Part shown: positions 1 to 9,354 of the stretch, in pieces
How positions within the stretch are numbered: the first letter of the stretch is position 1
Layout: every line of letters begins with the position of its first letter
Assembly (NCBI GenBank): GCA_949287395.1
Contig: CASEFZ010000058.1
Span: 510-64,509, forward strand
From: an uncultured Verrucomicrobiota bacterium
GTDB taxonomy: Bacteria > Verrucomicrobiota > Verrucomicrobiia > Opitutales > Intestinicryptomonadaceae
Length of the DNA stretch: 64,000 nt
Reading direction: 5' to 3'
Position numbers and translations under genes: made by a program
The notes under the pieces: model-generated
Database searches by the model: none
What the model was told of the DNA's origin: nothing
The model's input: the letters and a program-made list of their open reading frames with translations, nothing else

Positions 1-198
1 AGCCTCCAATCCGGTTGCTATCAGGGAAATGTCGGCCTTGGCCCTCGCCTTTCCTTGGGCATCGCCAACGCCCCCTATCATCTGGGACGTTATTCCCATC
101 AGAATGATTATAATTGATATCACGACAAGTATTTCCACAAGCGTAAACGCTCTCCTTGCCGCCCGGGGATAAGAACAGTTAGTGGGGTGTTTTTTCAT
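1..198 (-). CDS. Prepilin-type N-terminal cleavage/methylation domain protein (pseudopilin-like), 5' fragment; gene continues past the window start
   Basis: Own translation of the minus strand from ATG at 198: MKKHPTNCSYPRAARRAFTLVEILVVISIIIILMGITSQMIGG... AFTLVE followed by a hydrophobic helix is the class III (type IV pilin / T2SS pseudopilin) signal motif. The ORF is truncated by the window edge, so it is absent from the ORF track. Confidence 0.7.
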   Translation of the reverse strand, partial: MKKHPTNCSYPRAARRAFTLVEILVVISIIIILMGITSQMIGGVGDAQGKARAKADISLIATGLEA

Positions 199-363
199 CG
201 ATGTTTTGGAAGATATTTTTGCCGCCGAGAAAGTCAAAGATATTCTTAAAAAAAATCCACATTTGCGGCGCGTTTCCCATGCCTATTTCCCCCAAAAGAG
301 CGAGCCTCAAAAGCCACATCGCCTGCCGGGCCGCGCATCTTTTCCCGCGCAAAAAATGCAAGC

Positions 364-1140
364 CTACATTTCCAGCACCAAACCGTCGTAGGCCAAGTGG
401 CACCCTTCAGGAAGGCGCCCCTCCCAAACGGTATAATCTATGTGCGATGTCATGTGCGTAAAATACGTGGCTTTGGCGCCAAGCTCGGCAGCGGTGTCCA
501 TCGCTTCAGGAAGGGTCATGTGCGACGGATGCGGCTTCATCCTGAGCGCGTCAAGAATCACAATATCGGCGCCCGCCGCTGCCTCTTTGGCAAAATCTGT
601 CAAGCGCTTGCAATCGCAAAAATACGCCAATTTCCGGTCTGATTCCTCAAAAATCAGCCCCAGGGTGCTCATGCTCCCGTGAGGCAAATCTACGCTGCTT
701 ATTCTTGCGCCCTCCCCAAGCTCAAGCACCTTGGGCATCCGGAAAAGATCAAAACACGGATACCCCCTCTGGGCAGGCGCCGATCCCAGCGCGTACGGGA
801 ACATCGCCCTTATGCGCTCCAATCCAAATTCATTTGCATATACCCTAAGCTTATTTCCCGGCAACTTGTCGCAAAAACGCCTCAAATCGTCCATGCCGGC
901 TATGTGGTCGGCATGCCCGTGAGTGAGAATAAACTCGTCTATCCAATTTATTCCGTCCCTGAGGCACTGTATCCTGAACTCGGGCCCCGCGTCAACCTGC
1001 ACGTGCTTGCCGCCTATCTCGACATGCACGCTTGAGCGCGTGCGCCAATTCCGCTTCTCGTCCAAATTTATCCCGCTGGCGTCAAAACCTATCACGGGAA
1101 CCCCCTGCGACGTCCCCGTACCCAAAAAAGTAAGTTTCAT
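364..1140 (-). CDS. MBL-fold metallo-hydrolase (PhnP-like / beta-lactamase superfamily)
   Basis: 258-aa ORF with ATG start. It has the N-terminal MKLTFLGTGTSQGVP and the LTHGHADH (HxHxDH) metal-binding motif typical of MBL-fold hydrolases. Confidence 0.85.
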   Translation of the reverse strand: MKLTFLGTGTSQGVPVIGFDASGINLDEKRNWRTRSSVHVEIGGKHVQVDAGPEFRIQCLRDGINWIDEFILTHGHADHIAGMDDLRRFCDKLPGNKLRVYANEFGLERIRAMFPYALGSAPAQRGYPCFDLFRMPKVLELGEGARISSVDLPHGSMSTLGLIFEESDRKLAYFCDCKRLTDFAKEAAAGADIVILDALRMKPHPSHMTLPEAMDTAAELGAKATYFTHMTSHIDYTVWEGRLPEGCHLAYDGLVLEM

Positions 1141-1231
1141 AACCTAAAAAATTTCACTTTTTTCGCAACATGGCAAAGAGTTTCTTCAATTATTTGCACA
1201 TCTGCGCGCAAATCCACCTCCTGCCGCCTGC

Positions 1232-1264
1232 AAAAAAAATCCCCGGGGCTAAAAACCCCGGGGA
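1232..1264 (-). terminator. Rho-independent terminator downstream of the Gfo/Idh/MocA gene
   Basis: On the minus strand, a 9-bp GC-rich stem (TCCCCGGGG / CCCCGGGGA, 7-nt loop) is followed by T8 (plus-strand A8 at 1232-1239). It lies 25 nt after the stop at 1289. Confidence 0.8.
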
Positions 1265-1288
1265 CAGCTCAAAAAAGTCCGGCTTCAA

Positions 1289-2605
1289 TTAGGCCCACTT
1301 GTACTTGCCGGGCACCGGAACCGATACCGGATGAAGCGCCTTCAGATTCATGTCCTTCGGCATCAAATCCTGATTGGCCTTCTTGGTGTAGGCTTCGTAC
1401 TTGAACTTCTGCCCAGAGAACGCGCTCTCGCGGCCCGCTATTGCAACAAGATTCGTGTTCAAGAGCGGACGCAGCGCATTTACGCGCTGGCCATTGCGTA
1501 TGGACTTCAAAAGCACGACATGCTCGTTGACATACGGGTCTATAGGCCCGCGCTTGACACCCAAAACCTCTTTGCCAGTCTTGGCGTCCACAAAGTTTCT
1601 GCCCATGTTGGCTATCACGCCCTTGGAAAGCAAAACCCTTTCGCTTACGTCGCCCGACGCCCCGGGATCCTGCTGGCAATAGCTCTGCATTCTGAGCCCC
1701 TTGCCCATGTTGTAGTCTATCTGGAAATGGCTGAAACGGTCGCCATGCTTGGGCGCTTCAAGATCGTTCGAACGTCCGCCCAGGCCGCGCAGATCCTCCG
1801 GGAATCTGTTGTCGCCCAACACCCACATCAGAACGTCTATGTTGTGGACATGCTGCTCTACAATATGGTCTCCGGAAGTCCATATAAACGCGCCCCACTT
1901 GCGGATCTGATACTCTATGGAGTTGATGTCCAACTTGAGGTTGTCAATATTGTATCCGCCAACATAATACCCCGCGTTCCAATAGCATTCCATCGCAACG
2001 GGCTCCCCAAATTCGCCGTCCTGTATGCGCTTTACCATCTCGCAATAATTGTCGGCATAGCGCCTCTGGTTGCCGCAGACAACGGTCAGGCCCTTCTTGT
2101 CAGCCTCGTCCGCAAGCTGGTACATCTTGCGCGCCTGCGTAATATCGACAGCAGCGGGCTTTTCAAGGAAGGCATGTTTCCCGGCGGCCACTATTTTCTC
2201 AAAATGCGGAGTTCTGAAAATTGGGGGTGTGGCGTCTATTACAAGGTCAACATCCTCCTTTACAAGCTGGTCAACCCCGTCGAACCCGCTAAACTTCTTA
2301 ACCTTGTCGGCCTCCACTATTTTTTCTATGTCCGCGTCGTCTATCTTCGCGCGCTTCATCGCGCCCTTGATGCGGTCGGGGGCGTTCTTTGCGCGGTCTT
2401 CAAAAAGATCCGCAACAGCAACAAGCTTAATGTTCTTGTCGGCAGTCGCCATATTGGCAAAAGCGCCCGTTCCGCGCCCGCCGCAGCCTCCCAAACCAAC
2501 CTTTATTGTGTCGCTTCCCTTTACCGCCGCAAAGGTCATCTTCGGCTGCACAGCCGCCGTCCCCGCTATGGAGCCCAAATTAACAAAACTTCTTCTATCC
2601 ATCAT
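1289..2605 (-). CDS. Gfo/Idh/MocA-family NAD(P)-dependent oxidoreductase with twin-arginine (Tat) signal
   Basis: 438 aa. The N-terminus MMDRRSFVNLGSIAGTAAV is RR followed by a hydrophobic stretch. It has the Rossmann motif IKVGLGGCGGRG and the family EKP motif (AFLEKPAA). Confidence 0.85.
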   Translation of the reverse strand: MMDRRSFVNLGSIAGTAAVQPKMTFAAVKGSDTIKVGLGGCGGRGTGAFANMATADKNIKLVAVADLFEDRAKNAPDRIKGAMKRAKIDDADIEKIVEADKVKKFSGFDGVDQLVKEDVDLVIDATPPIFRTPHFEKIVAAGKHAFLEKPAAVDITQARKMYQLADEADKKGLTVVCGNQRRYADNYCEMVKRIQDGEFGEPVAMECYWNAGYYVGGYNIDNLKLDINSIEYQIRKWGAFIWTSGDHIVEQHVHNIDVLMWVLGDNRFPEDLRGLGGRSNDLEAPKHGDRFSHFQIDYNMGKGLRMQSYCQQDPGASGDVSERVLLSKGVIANMGRNFVDAKTGKEVLGVKRGPIDPYVNEHVVLLKSIRNGQRVNALRPLLNTNLVAIAGRESAFSGQKFKYEAYTKKANQDLMPKDMNLKALHPVSVPVPGKYKWA

Positions 2606-2881
2606 ATCAACTTTCTGTTTGAGTTAATTAAACACCGCAAAAGGTTTAACAACCAAGGATGAAATCACCAATTCCCGCGCGCGTCAACAAAAAAACGGAT
2701 TCCCCACTCCCAAGATTTCCCCTTGCCGCGCATGGAATACACCCGCAAAAACAGCGCTGCCCTACAAGCGCAATAAAACAAAACCCGCACGCCGCCGACA
2801 GGCGGCACAATAAGACCCAACCGTCAACAAACGCCTCCAAGCACAAAAAGTTTAAAGGCGGAAGCACCCGCAAAAAACGGG

Positions 2882-3847
2882 CTACGCCTCCAACTCTATC
2901 GCATGCCAAACCATGGCGGAAGCGCCCAAAATGGCGGCGTCGCTTGCGGGAAGCTCCGAAGGCAAAACCTTCACCTTCCCCTTAAATACCGGCATGGAAT
3001 TCTCGTCAAGAGCCCTGCGCGTAGGCGCAAATATAAGCTCTCCGCTCTTGACCGGCCCGCCGAATAAAAATATCGCCGACGGCCTTGAAAAACACACAAA
3101 ATCAGCAAGGCAACGCCCAAGAAGCGCGCCGGTTATTTCGTAGGTTTCCTTGGCGGCTATGTCGCCGGCCTTTGCGGCATCCTCTATAATCTTGGCGTCA
3201 AGCTCTGAATAGGTCAAATTCGATATGCTGGAAACCCCGTTGTACTTGGACAACATCTCCAAAAACGTGCGCTTTATCCCTGTGGCCGAAACATAAGCCT
3301 CTAGGCATCCGCGCTTCCCGCATCCGCAAACGCGCCCGTTCGGAACCGCGCAAACATGCCCAAGCTCTCCGGCAAATCCGTCCGCCCCCAAAAGCAGCTT
3401 ACCGTCGACAATTATCCCAGACCCCAAACCCGTGCCGAGGGTGATCACTATGAAATGGTCCAAATTTCTCCCGCCGCCGTAAATTTTCTCGCCGAGAGCC
3501 GCGGCGTTGGCGTCGTTGCTCAAATATATGTGCTTGTAGCCAAACACCATTCTCAACGCCTCGACTATTGGCGCCGACTCACCAAAGGGAAGATTGGGCG
3601 CAAACTCTATGGTGCCCTTGTAATAGTTCCCATTGGGCGCGCCTATGCCTATCCCGACGCATTTGTCGGCGGACGGTATCTTTGCGCAAAGCTCTCCAAT
3701 AGCCAGCTCGAGGGCATGCATGTAGGAGGCAAAATCACCGTAATCGGTTGTTTTGAACTCGTGGTGTTCAAAAACATTGCCCTTCTCGTCCACGGCGCCA
3801 AGTTTCGTATTGGTGCCACCTATGTCTATGCCTATCGCGTAATTCAT
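2882..3847 (-). CDS. ROK-family sugar kinase (glucokinase-like)
   Basis: MNYAIGIDIGGTNTK is the ATP-binding N-terminus, and CGCGKRGCLE is the ROK zinc motif. The track ORF runs to 4036, but the conserved N-terminus starts at ATG 3847 (in frame, checked). Confidence 0.85.
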   Translation of the reverse strand: MNYAIGIDIGGTNTKLGAVDEKGNVFEHHEFKTTDYGDFASYMHALELAIGELCAKIPSADKCVGIGIGAPNGNYYKGTIEFAPNLPFGESAPIVEALRMVFGYKHIYLSNDANAAALGEKIYGGGRNLDHFIVITLGTGLGSGIIVDGKLLLGADGFAGELGHVCAVPNGRVCGCGKRGCLEAYVSATGIKRTFLEMLSKYNGVSSISNLTYSELDAKIIEDAAKAGDIAAKETYEITGALLGRCLADFVCFSRPSAIFLFGGPVKSGELIFAPTRRALDENSMPVFKGKVKVLPSELPASDAAILGASAMVWHAIELEA

Positions 3848-4805
3848 AAAAAGTCGCATCTTAGTGTGAGGCATTTTTATAAAATCACAAATTAAAAAGT
3901 TCTTTTTTTGCGAAACGCGCAAAAAGCTCCCTTTTTTGGCGGGAAAATAATTTTCCATGCCCGCCAATCGTATCCGAATTTTGAGGCAATTTTGGCTAAA
4001 TGCGCAAATCGGCAAGTAAAATTCTAAATTGCGCATATTCTATGCCGCAAAAAACGGCTTTAGTCTCCGCAACTAATAGGTTCCGCCAAAGTTGGCAAAA
4101 AACTAACACCTGCATTACCCGGCATCTTTAATTCCACGTTTGCGCAAAAACAGCGCCTGCCGGAGACCCGCGGATTCGCGCAATATTTAATTGCGCCCCG
4201 CAAACTCCAACAGCAACGCTGTCAGGGTAAACCCGCACTATCGTAAGAATCTCCGCATTCCATAGGTTTTACAAAGCGTCCATTTTTATAAAATTAACGC
4301 CCAACAAACAGGAGTTCTGACAAAAAACGCTATCGAATCCCACTTGCAAAAGTAAAAGGCCGCTCCCACAGCATTTGATAAATCTAAAATCCCGCGCCCC
4401 GCCTGTATTTTGGGACACGGCAGCGGAATGAAAAAACTTTCCCAAAACAAAGTCATTCCCGCAGGATAAAACACGCGGCGGCAGAGTGTAAAATACCCGC
4501 TAAAAAATGATTCCCCCTTAGACAAGACGCACATCGCAAAATCACCGTCCCGGGCTTGCGCGCATTAAGCTTATCCAGCATTTCGAAGTTTGGAAATAAA
4601 TCTGGAAAAACACGCGCGGTTAGAATTTCTCACATGCCCCAATGGGGGGCACGGCGCAAGAATCGGGTAAGCCCGTAAATACCGGACAGATTAAAATTCA
4701 TTCCCAATCTAAAAAGATTGCCTATTTAAATCTTAAAGTATCCTATTTGTGCATAAAAACGCGTGGCGCCCCTGCGCCTATTTTGAGCGCTTTAGCCTTT
4801 TTTAT

Positions 4806-5825
4806 ATGGACATATTGCAAATACTGCTTAGTTTTGTTGCCCTGTTCTGCCTCTGCTTGTTTGTCTGCATGGGCGGCTTGATTGTCGGCCCCGGAATAAA
4901 CTCTCTATTTTCGGGACGTAAAGGATTCAGTCTGCTCTGCGTAAAAACGGCCGCGGGCCTCTGGACGGCATGCACGGCCTGTTTCCTCAACGCACTGCTG
5001 GCGGTAGGCGCACTTTTTGTCTCATTGGGCCTTGAAATCTCTCCACGCCTTGAACTCTGCGCCTCGATATGCTTTGCATGCCTAATTATATGGATTGCGG
5101 CAGCCAAATTTGCGGGATTGAACGCCCATGCTTCTGTCTCAAGGGCAAGTCTGATAATTATTGCTTTCGCATCTATTCTTTTTTCGGCAAGCGCCGGGTA
5201 TCTGTTTGGCGAAATATTCCTAAGTCTCATGGCGCCCACGTCCGCTCTTGGCGCCAGCCAGTTTTCCGCATGCGCCCTTTCACCGCTTCCGGCGGCCGCG
5301 GCGCTTCTTTGCTGCCTATTTTTCATGGTTGAAGGCGCGCTGTTTTTTGCGTTTTTGCCGGGGGAACCCGAATATTGCGCAAAGTATTGCGCCAGGTGCA
5401 TAAGTTTTATGCTTGCCGGTATTGTGATATACTTTCTGGCTTTCGCGTCGGCTGTCCCAAGGCTTGGCAATATAAAATTGATGCTTATTGCGGGAATAGC
5501 GATATCCTACATAGCGGGGCGCGCAGCGCACATACAAATAAGGCGCGGCCGTATGCAAACTGGGGCGCTTGCGATATTTGCGCTCTCCGCGGCCATGGCG
5601 GTAGTACATGCGGAAATGCTATATTTTGCACTTTCAACAAAATTAGCGGATATTCCCGAACCTAATGGTTTTTTGAAAATAAGCCCGGCATTGGCCCTTT
5701 CAATTGTTTGCCTCACAACATTAATTACCATTGCGCACTGTGTATTAACGCTGAAAAAGGCGCATAAAGGCAAGATCTGGCAACATGGCTTTGAAGGCAA
5801 TGACAACCAAACAGTCGGTCAATAG
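4806..5825 (+). CDS. Polytopic membrane protein of unknown function (Ala/Leu/Cys-rich, many predicted TM helices)
   Basis: Long ORF with hydrophobic segments throughout. The first ATG is at 4806 (MDILQILLSFVALF...); the track start at 4749 is GTG. I recognise no family motif. Confidence 0.5.
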   Translation: MDILQILLSFVALFCLCLFVCMGGLIVGPGINSLFSGRKGFSLLCVKTAAGLWTACTACFLNALLAVGALFVSLGLEISPRLELCASICFACLIIWIAAAKFAGLNAHASVSRASLIIIAFASILFSASAGYLFGEIFLSLMAPTSALGASQFSACALSPLPAAAALLCCLFFMVEGALFFAFLPGEPEYCAKYCARCISFMLAGIVIYFLAFASAVPRLGNIKLMLIAGIAISYIAGRAAHIQIRRGRMQTGALAIFALSAAMAVVHAEMLYFALSTKLADIPEPNGFLKISPALALSIVCLTTLITIAHCVLTLKKAHKGKIWQHGFEGNDNQTVGQ

Positions 5826-6241
5826 CGCCTGCCACACACAATGGGGCACTTTGCAAAAAACGTTTTGAATTTATCCGCAACGGCCTGTCTAACATTGCAG
5901 GTTTCGCCGCGCGCATAAGTGTCAATTTGTTGGAAATTTTGCAGCCGCCTGCGCAGGCGCGGCACAGGCCCATGCTCAAAACTTCCCCAATGCGGTTGGG
6001 CTTTCAGCCGCATTGAAAACATTTGCGAAACCGCAAAACTTGACCCTTCCAAGTCATAGACAAAATAAAATGCACATTTTTGCGCACATAAATGAAATTC
6101 CATATGGCGGGCAATTTTGGGAGTCAAAAAGGAAAGGCGGGCAAAAAATTAACCCATAAAATTGGGTGGAGGGAATAAAGATTCCAAATCGGCTTGACTT
6201 TATTCTCAAAAAAAATTCACTTACCCCCCATTAAAAAAAAT

Positions 6242-6318
6242 GGTGGCTGTAGCTCAGTTGGTAGAGCAGCGGATTGTGGTTCCGCGGGTCACGAGTTCGA
6301 GCCTCGTTAGCCACCCCA
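6242..6318 (+). tRNA. tRNA-His (anticodon GTG) with G-1 and encoded CCA
   Basis: Manual cloverleaf, 77 nt: G-1, acceptor GTGGCTG/TAGCCAC, D arm GCTC-AGTTGGTA-GAGC, anticodon arm GCGGA-TTGTGGT-TCCGC, variable GGGTC, T arm ACGAG-TTCGAGC-CTCGT, C73, CCA. Confidence 0.95.
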
Positions 6319-6348
6319 CTTTGAAAGTCGCCTGTAATCGGCCTGCGT

Positions 6349-6371
6349 GCCGTTGCCGGGGCGGCTTTTTT
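6349..6371 (+). terminator. Weak intrinsic terminator candidate after tRNA-His
   Basis: A short GC hairpin (GCCG...CGGC, with possible G:U extension) is followed directly by T6 (6366-6371). Confidence 0.45.
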
Positions 6372-6956
6372 ATTTGGCGTTATTTTGCCTTCCTTCCACG
6401 CTTTTGAAAATGCGTTTTACTTTCCGTCCACAAGCTATCCGGCAAACAGCAATTAGCGGCAAAGATTGCAGAATACAAAATAGAGATTAGCAAAGCCCTA
6501 AAAAATTCGCGTGGCATCGCGACCGCCGGAATGATAAAAATTTTTCAATCAACCAACACCCACACTATTCAAGCACGCGTACACGTTTAACAGACAATTG
6601 CCCAAATTGCCAAACAATGGAAGCAATGCGGCGGGCAGGTAAAAGAACGCGCAAGGCAACAACCAGAGCGATTGCCTAATAAGCAAAAAAGTTTGGGCTG
6701 CCAGCAAACGCAACCGGGAATTTCATTTGCCGGCGATAAGATTGCCGAACTTTGCAAGGAATGACGCCATACCGGGAACATGTGCAACAGCCGAATGATT
6801 CCGCCACAAAACAGGGCCAATCCAACGCCCGCTTACGCCTGCAAAAGTTTTGGAATGCAGATTGATAGCTCTTGTAAACGCGACATTTTTTCGCCAATCC
6901 CATAAGCATCAGCAGTGCGACAACGCTTTTTAAGCGCGAAATTTTGGCGACAACGC

Positions 6957-6984
6957 TTGACGCGAAAGCAAATCTTGCAATAAT
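6957..6984 (+). promoter_or_regulatory. Sigma70-like promoter candidate for the EIIA gene (near-leaderless geometry)
   Basis: TTGACG (6957-6962), 16-nt spacer, AATAAT (6979-6984). The ATG of the EIIA gene is at 6993, only 8 nt after the -10 element. Confidence 0.4.
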
Positions 6985-6992
6985 CTTAGGCA

Positions 6993-7412
6993 ATGGCATT
7001 TATAAAGGCAGTCGATTTAAAGGGCTTTGACGATCAGGCGGAATGTTTGGAGCAAATGTTTGCCGAGCTTGCCGGTGTTTTGGATGGCGATAAGCTTGAG
7101 GCCCTAAAGGAGGCCGTCTATTTGAGGGAAGATACGGCCTCAACCTACCTTGAAGGAGGCCTGGCAGCTCCGCATGGAAGAATAGACGGCCTTAAAAATG
7201 AAATTGTCGTCATAGGCGTCAGCAAAGACGGCGTTGACTGGCCCGAGAGCGGGAAAAAGGCGCACCTTATATTTCTGATAGGCGTGGACAGGAAGAGCGT
7301 TGCCTCGTACCTGTCGCTTCTCCAAAAAATAATAAAGTGGAAAAAAGGATATGCCGGCAACCTCTCCCAAGCAACCGCCGAGCAAATATTGCGCGACATA
7401 AAAATGTTATAA
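6993..7412 (+). CDS. PTS EIIA type-2 domain protein (PtsN / EIIA-Ntr-like)
   Basis: 139 aa. REDTASTYLEGGLAAPHGRIDGL matches the EIIA-2 region with the phosphorylatable His in the (A/I)PHG context. Length and downstream pattern (VVIGVSKDGVDW...AHLIFLIG) fit the domain. Confidence 0.8.
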   Translation: MAFIKAVDLKGFDDQAECLEQMFAELAGVLDGDKLEALKEAVYLREDTASTYLEGGLAAPHGRIDGLKNEIVVIGVSKDGVDWPESGKKAHLIFLIGVDRKSVASYLSLLQKIIKWKKGYAGNLSQATAEQILRDIKML

Positions 7413-7430
7413 GTCTAACGCCTGCCCGCC

Positions 7431-9176
7431 GTGAGATGGCTTGTACGGACAGTATTTTACCTTAGGGGACGCTTCAATTTAAGGGGGCGCGCGGGGTTAT
7501 ATTTCTATGCCATTTTGGCGGGGGCGTTTGCGGCGCTGGTTGCAATGTGTTTTCAAGCCGCAACAAAGTGGATACTCTTTGCGCTGACATCGTCCGGCGC
7601 GGGGCGCATAGTTGCAAGTTTCGCGGAGGTTGAGCCTTGGAGGCGCGTAATGTCGCTTTCAATAGGCGGCCTTGTGGCGGGGCTCATACTTTTGTACGCA
7701 TCAAAAAAAATACGCAACCGCGCCACGCCCTACATGGAAGCATTATCAATAGGCGACGGATACATACCTGTCAGGGCGAACCTTCTGAGAAGCCTTGCCG
7801 CAATTGTTACAATAGGTTCTGGAGCCTCTATAGGGCGGGAAGGCCCGCTTGTGCAAACCGCCGCGGTATTTGCGTCGGCCTTTGGGCGCAGAATAAGAAT
7901 GTCAATGCCCAGGCTCAGGCTTTTTATTGCATGCGCTGCTTCCGGGGCTTTGGCGGCGGTCTTTCACACGCCGCTTGCAGGCGGGCTGTTTGTTTGCGAA
8001 ATTGTAATAGGGGTTATGGCAATAGACATGCTGGCCCCGCTGCTTGTCGCAAGTTGCGCAAGCTATCTCACAATGATGGCACTGGTTGACACCTCGCCAC
8101 TGTACGAGTTCGCCGCGGCGCACATCGACATGGATTTATCCATGGCCGCATACGCGGCCATTCTTGGAATATGCGCTTCTCTGCTGGCCAACTTGTGGCT
8201 GATTTTGCTATCAAAGATGCGTTCGGCTCTGAATGGAAAGGCCGAATGGCTGCCGCTTAGACTTGTTGCGGCGGGAGTGGGTGTCGGGATAATCTCGGTT
8301 TGGTATCCGGAAGTTGTAGGCAACGGCGCGCACATAATAAGGGGAATTGTGTCGATGAATTTCACCCCCGATACAATTCTTCTGCTGCTATTTCTAAAAG
8401 TGTTTTCGGTAGCCCTATTTTTTGGAATGGGCGCCGTTGGCGGCGTGCTTACCCCAAGCTTGACCATCGGAGGAATATCCGGTTTTCTGTTTGCGCACGT
8501 GCTGCTGGCTATGGGCGTGCCCCTGGGAGAAGAGGAAATAATAGGTTTTTCACTTTTGGGAATGGCCTCGTTCTTTACGACGGCTGCGGCGGCTCCGGTG
8601 ACCTCCCTTATTCTTGTGATTGAATTTACAATGGCGGGCAGGTTGATTTTCCCGCTGATAATAGGGGTGTTGGCCTCGTACGGAATGTCGAAGGTTTTGG
8701 CCACAAAGTCTATGTATGCGGCATCGGCTGCAAAAGGCATCAAGACTGCCTTCAATATGCCCCTTAAAGACGTAAAAATTGGGGATATATTCAGAAAGAC
8801 CTCCGATACGGTTTCTTCAACCACGCTGTTTGCCCAAATAGCAAAAATTTTCATAAAAAAACCCGAATACGCCGTTTACGTTGTCAGCAGAAGCGGAAGA
8901 TATGCGGGCGCCATATTGCAGCGCGATGTCCTTGGATTCATGCGCTCCAATGTCCTTTTGGGAAATGTCATAGCCGACGACATCATGCGCACAGACATTC
9001 CGGCATTGCGGCCGGAAATGAGCCTGCTTGAAGGCATAGGGGTTTTCGCCGAGCACATGGAGTGCGAATCTCTGCCAATAGTTTCAAAAGACAAAAAATT
9101 TTACGGCGTTGTCAACCGCAGCGATATTTTTATGGGGTTTAACGAAATTGCCATGCGCGACAAACTTCTTGTCTAA
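7431..9176 (+). CDS. ClC-family chloride channel / Cl-/H+ antiporter with C-terminal CBS-domain pair
   Basis: 581 aa with GTG start. It has the ClC selectivity motifs GSGASIGREGP and GGVLTPSL and is polytopic. The C-terminal ~140 aa contains two CBS-like repeats (YAVYVVSRSGRYAGAILQRDV, LPIVSKDKKFYGVVNRSDI). Confidence 0.9.
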   Translation: MRWLVRTVFYLRGRFNLRGRAGLYFYAILAGAFAALVAMCFQAATKWILFALTSSGAGRIVASFAEVEPWRRVMSLSIGGLVAGLILLYASKKIRNRATPYMEALSIGDGYIPVRANLLRSLAAIVTIGSGASIGREGPLVQTAAVFASAFGRRIRMSMPRLRLFIACAASGALAAVFHTPLAGGLFVCEIVIGVMAIDMLAPLLVASCASYLTMMALVDTSPLYEFAAAHIDMDLSMAAYAAILGICASLLANLWLILLSKMRSALNGKAEWLPLRLVAAGVGVGIISVWYPEVVGNGAHIIRGIVSMNFTPDTILLLLFLKVFSVALFFGMGAVGGVLTPSLTIGGISGFLFAHVLLAMGVPLGEEEIIGFSLLGMASFFTTAAAAPVTSLILVIEFTMAGRLIFPLIIGVLASYGMSKVLATKSMYAASAAKGIKTAFNMPLKDVKIGDIFRKTSDTVSSTTLFAQIAKIFIKKPEYAVYVVSRSGRYAGAILQRDVLGFMRSNVLLGNVIADDIMRTDIPALRPEMSLLEGIGVFAEHMECESLPIVSKDKKFYGVVNRSDIFMGFNEIAMRDKLLV

Positions 9177-9267
9177 AAACCTCCGCCTATCTTTGCCTTC
9201 CTAAAAAATCAAAATCTCCGTTTTTCAAACATTTTACGCCCTCTTTAAATAAGGCGATTTTTAGCAA

Positions 9268-9287
9268 GCCTGCGGAGGCGTTTTTTT
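9268..9287 (+). terminator. Weak intrinsic terminator candidate after the ClC gene
   Basis: GCCT-GCGG-AGGC short hairpin followed by G then T7 (9281-9287). Confidence 0.4.
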
Positions 9288-9354
9288 AGGTTTGTTGCGG
9301 CTGGAATTTTCAAGCGGCGCGGTGCCTTGCGCGCCCAAGACGAAGGCGGCGCCG

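Noticed and set aside
1331-2662. 443-aa plus-strand ORF that almost exactly mirrors the 438-aa Gfo/Idh/MocA gene on the opposite strand.
   Set aside because: It is a shadow ORF. Its translation is low-complexity and Arg/Leu/Val-rich with no motif, while the minus-strand product has a Tat signal, a Rossmann motif and the EKP motif. Stop-poor antisense frames are expected at this GC content and codon bias.
4286-4534. Isolated 60-110-aa ORFs in the long intergenic gaps (for example 4286-4534, 6676-6999, 17706-17981, 33549-33902 and 61836-62261).
   Set aside because: These have no start context and no recognisable motifs, their composition follows the local nucleotide bias, and they overlap one another in several frames. 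I treated them as non-coding pending expression data.
6319-7430. I looked for a fluoride (crcB-motif) riboswitch or another leader RNA in front of the ClC gene.
   Set aside because: The ClC gene follows the EIIA gene by 18 nt. The 670-nt region upstream of EIIA shows none of the conserved crcB-motif strings that I remember. The ClC also carries the Cl- type GSGxxxGREGP motif rather than looking like a CLC-F fluoride exporter.
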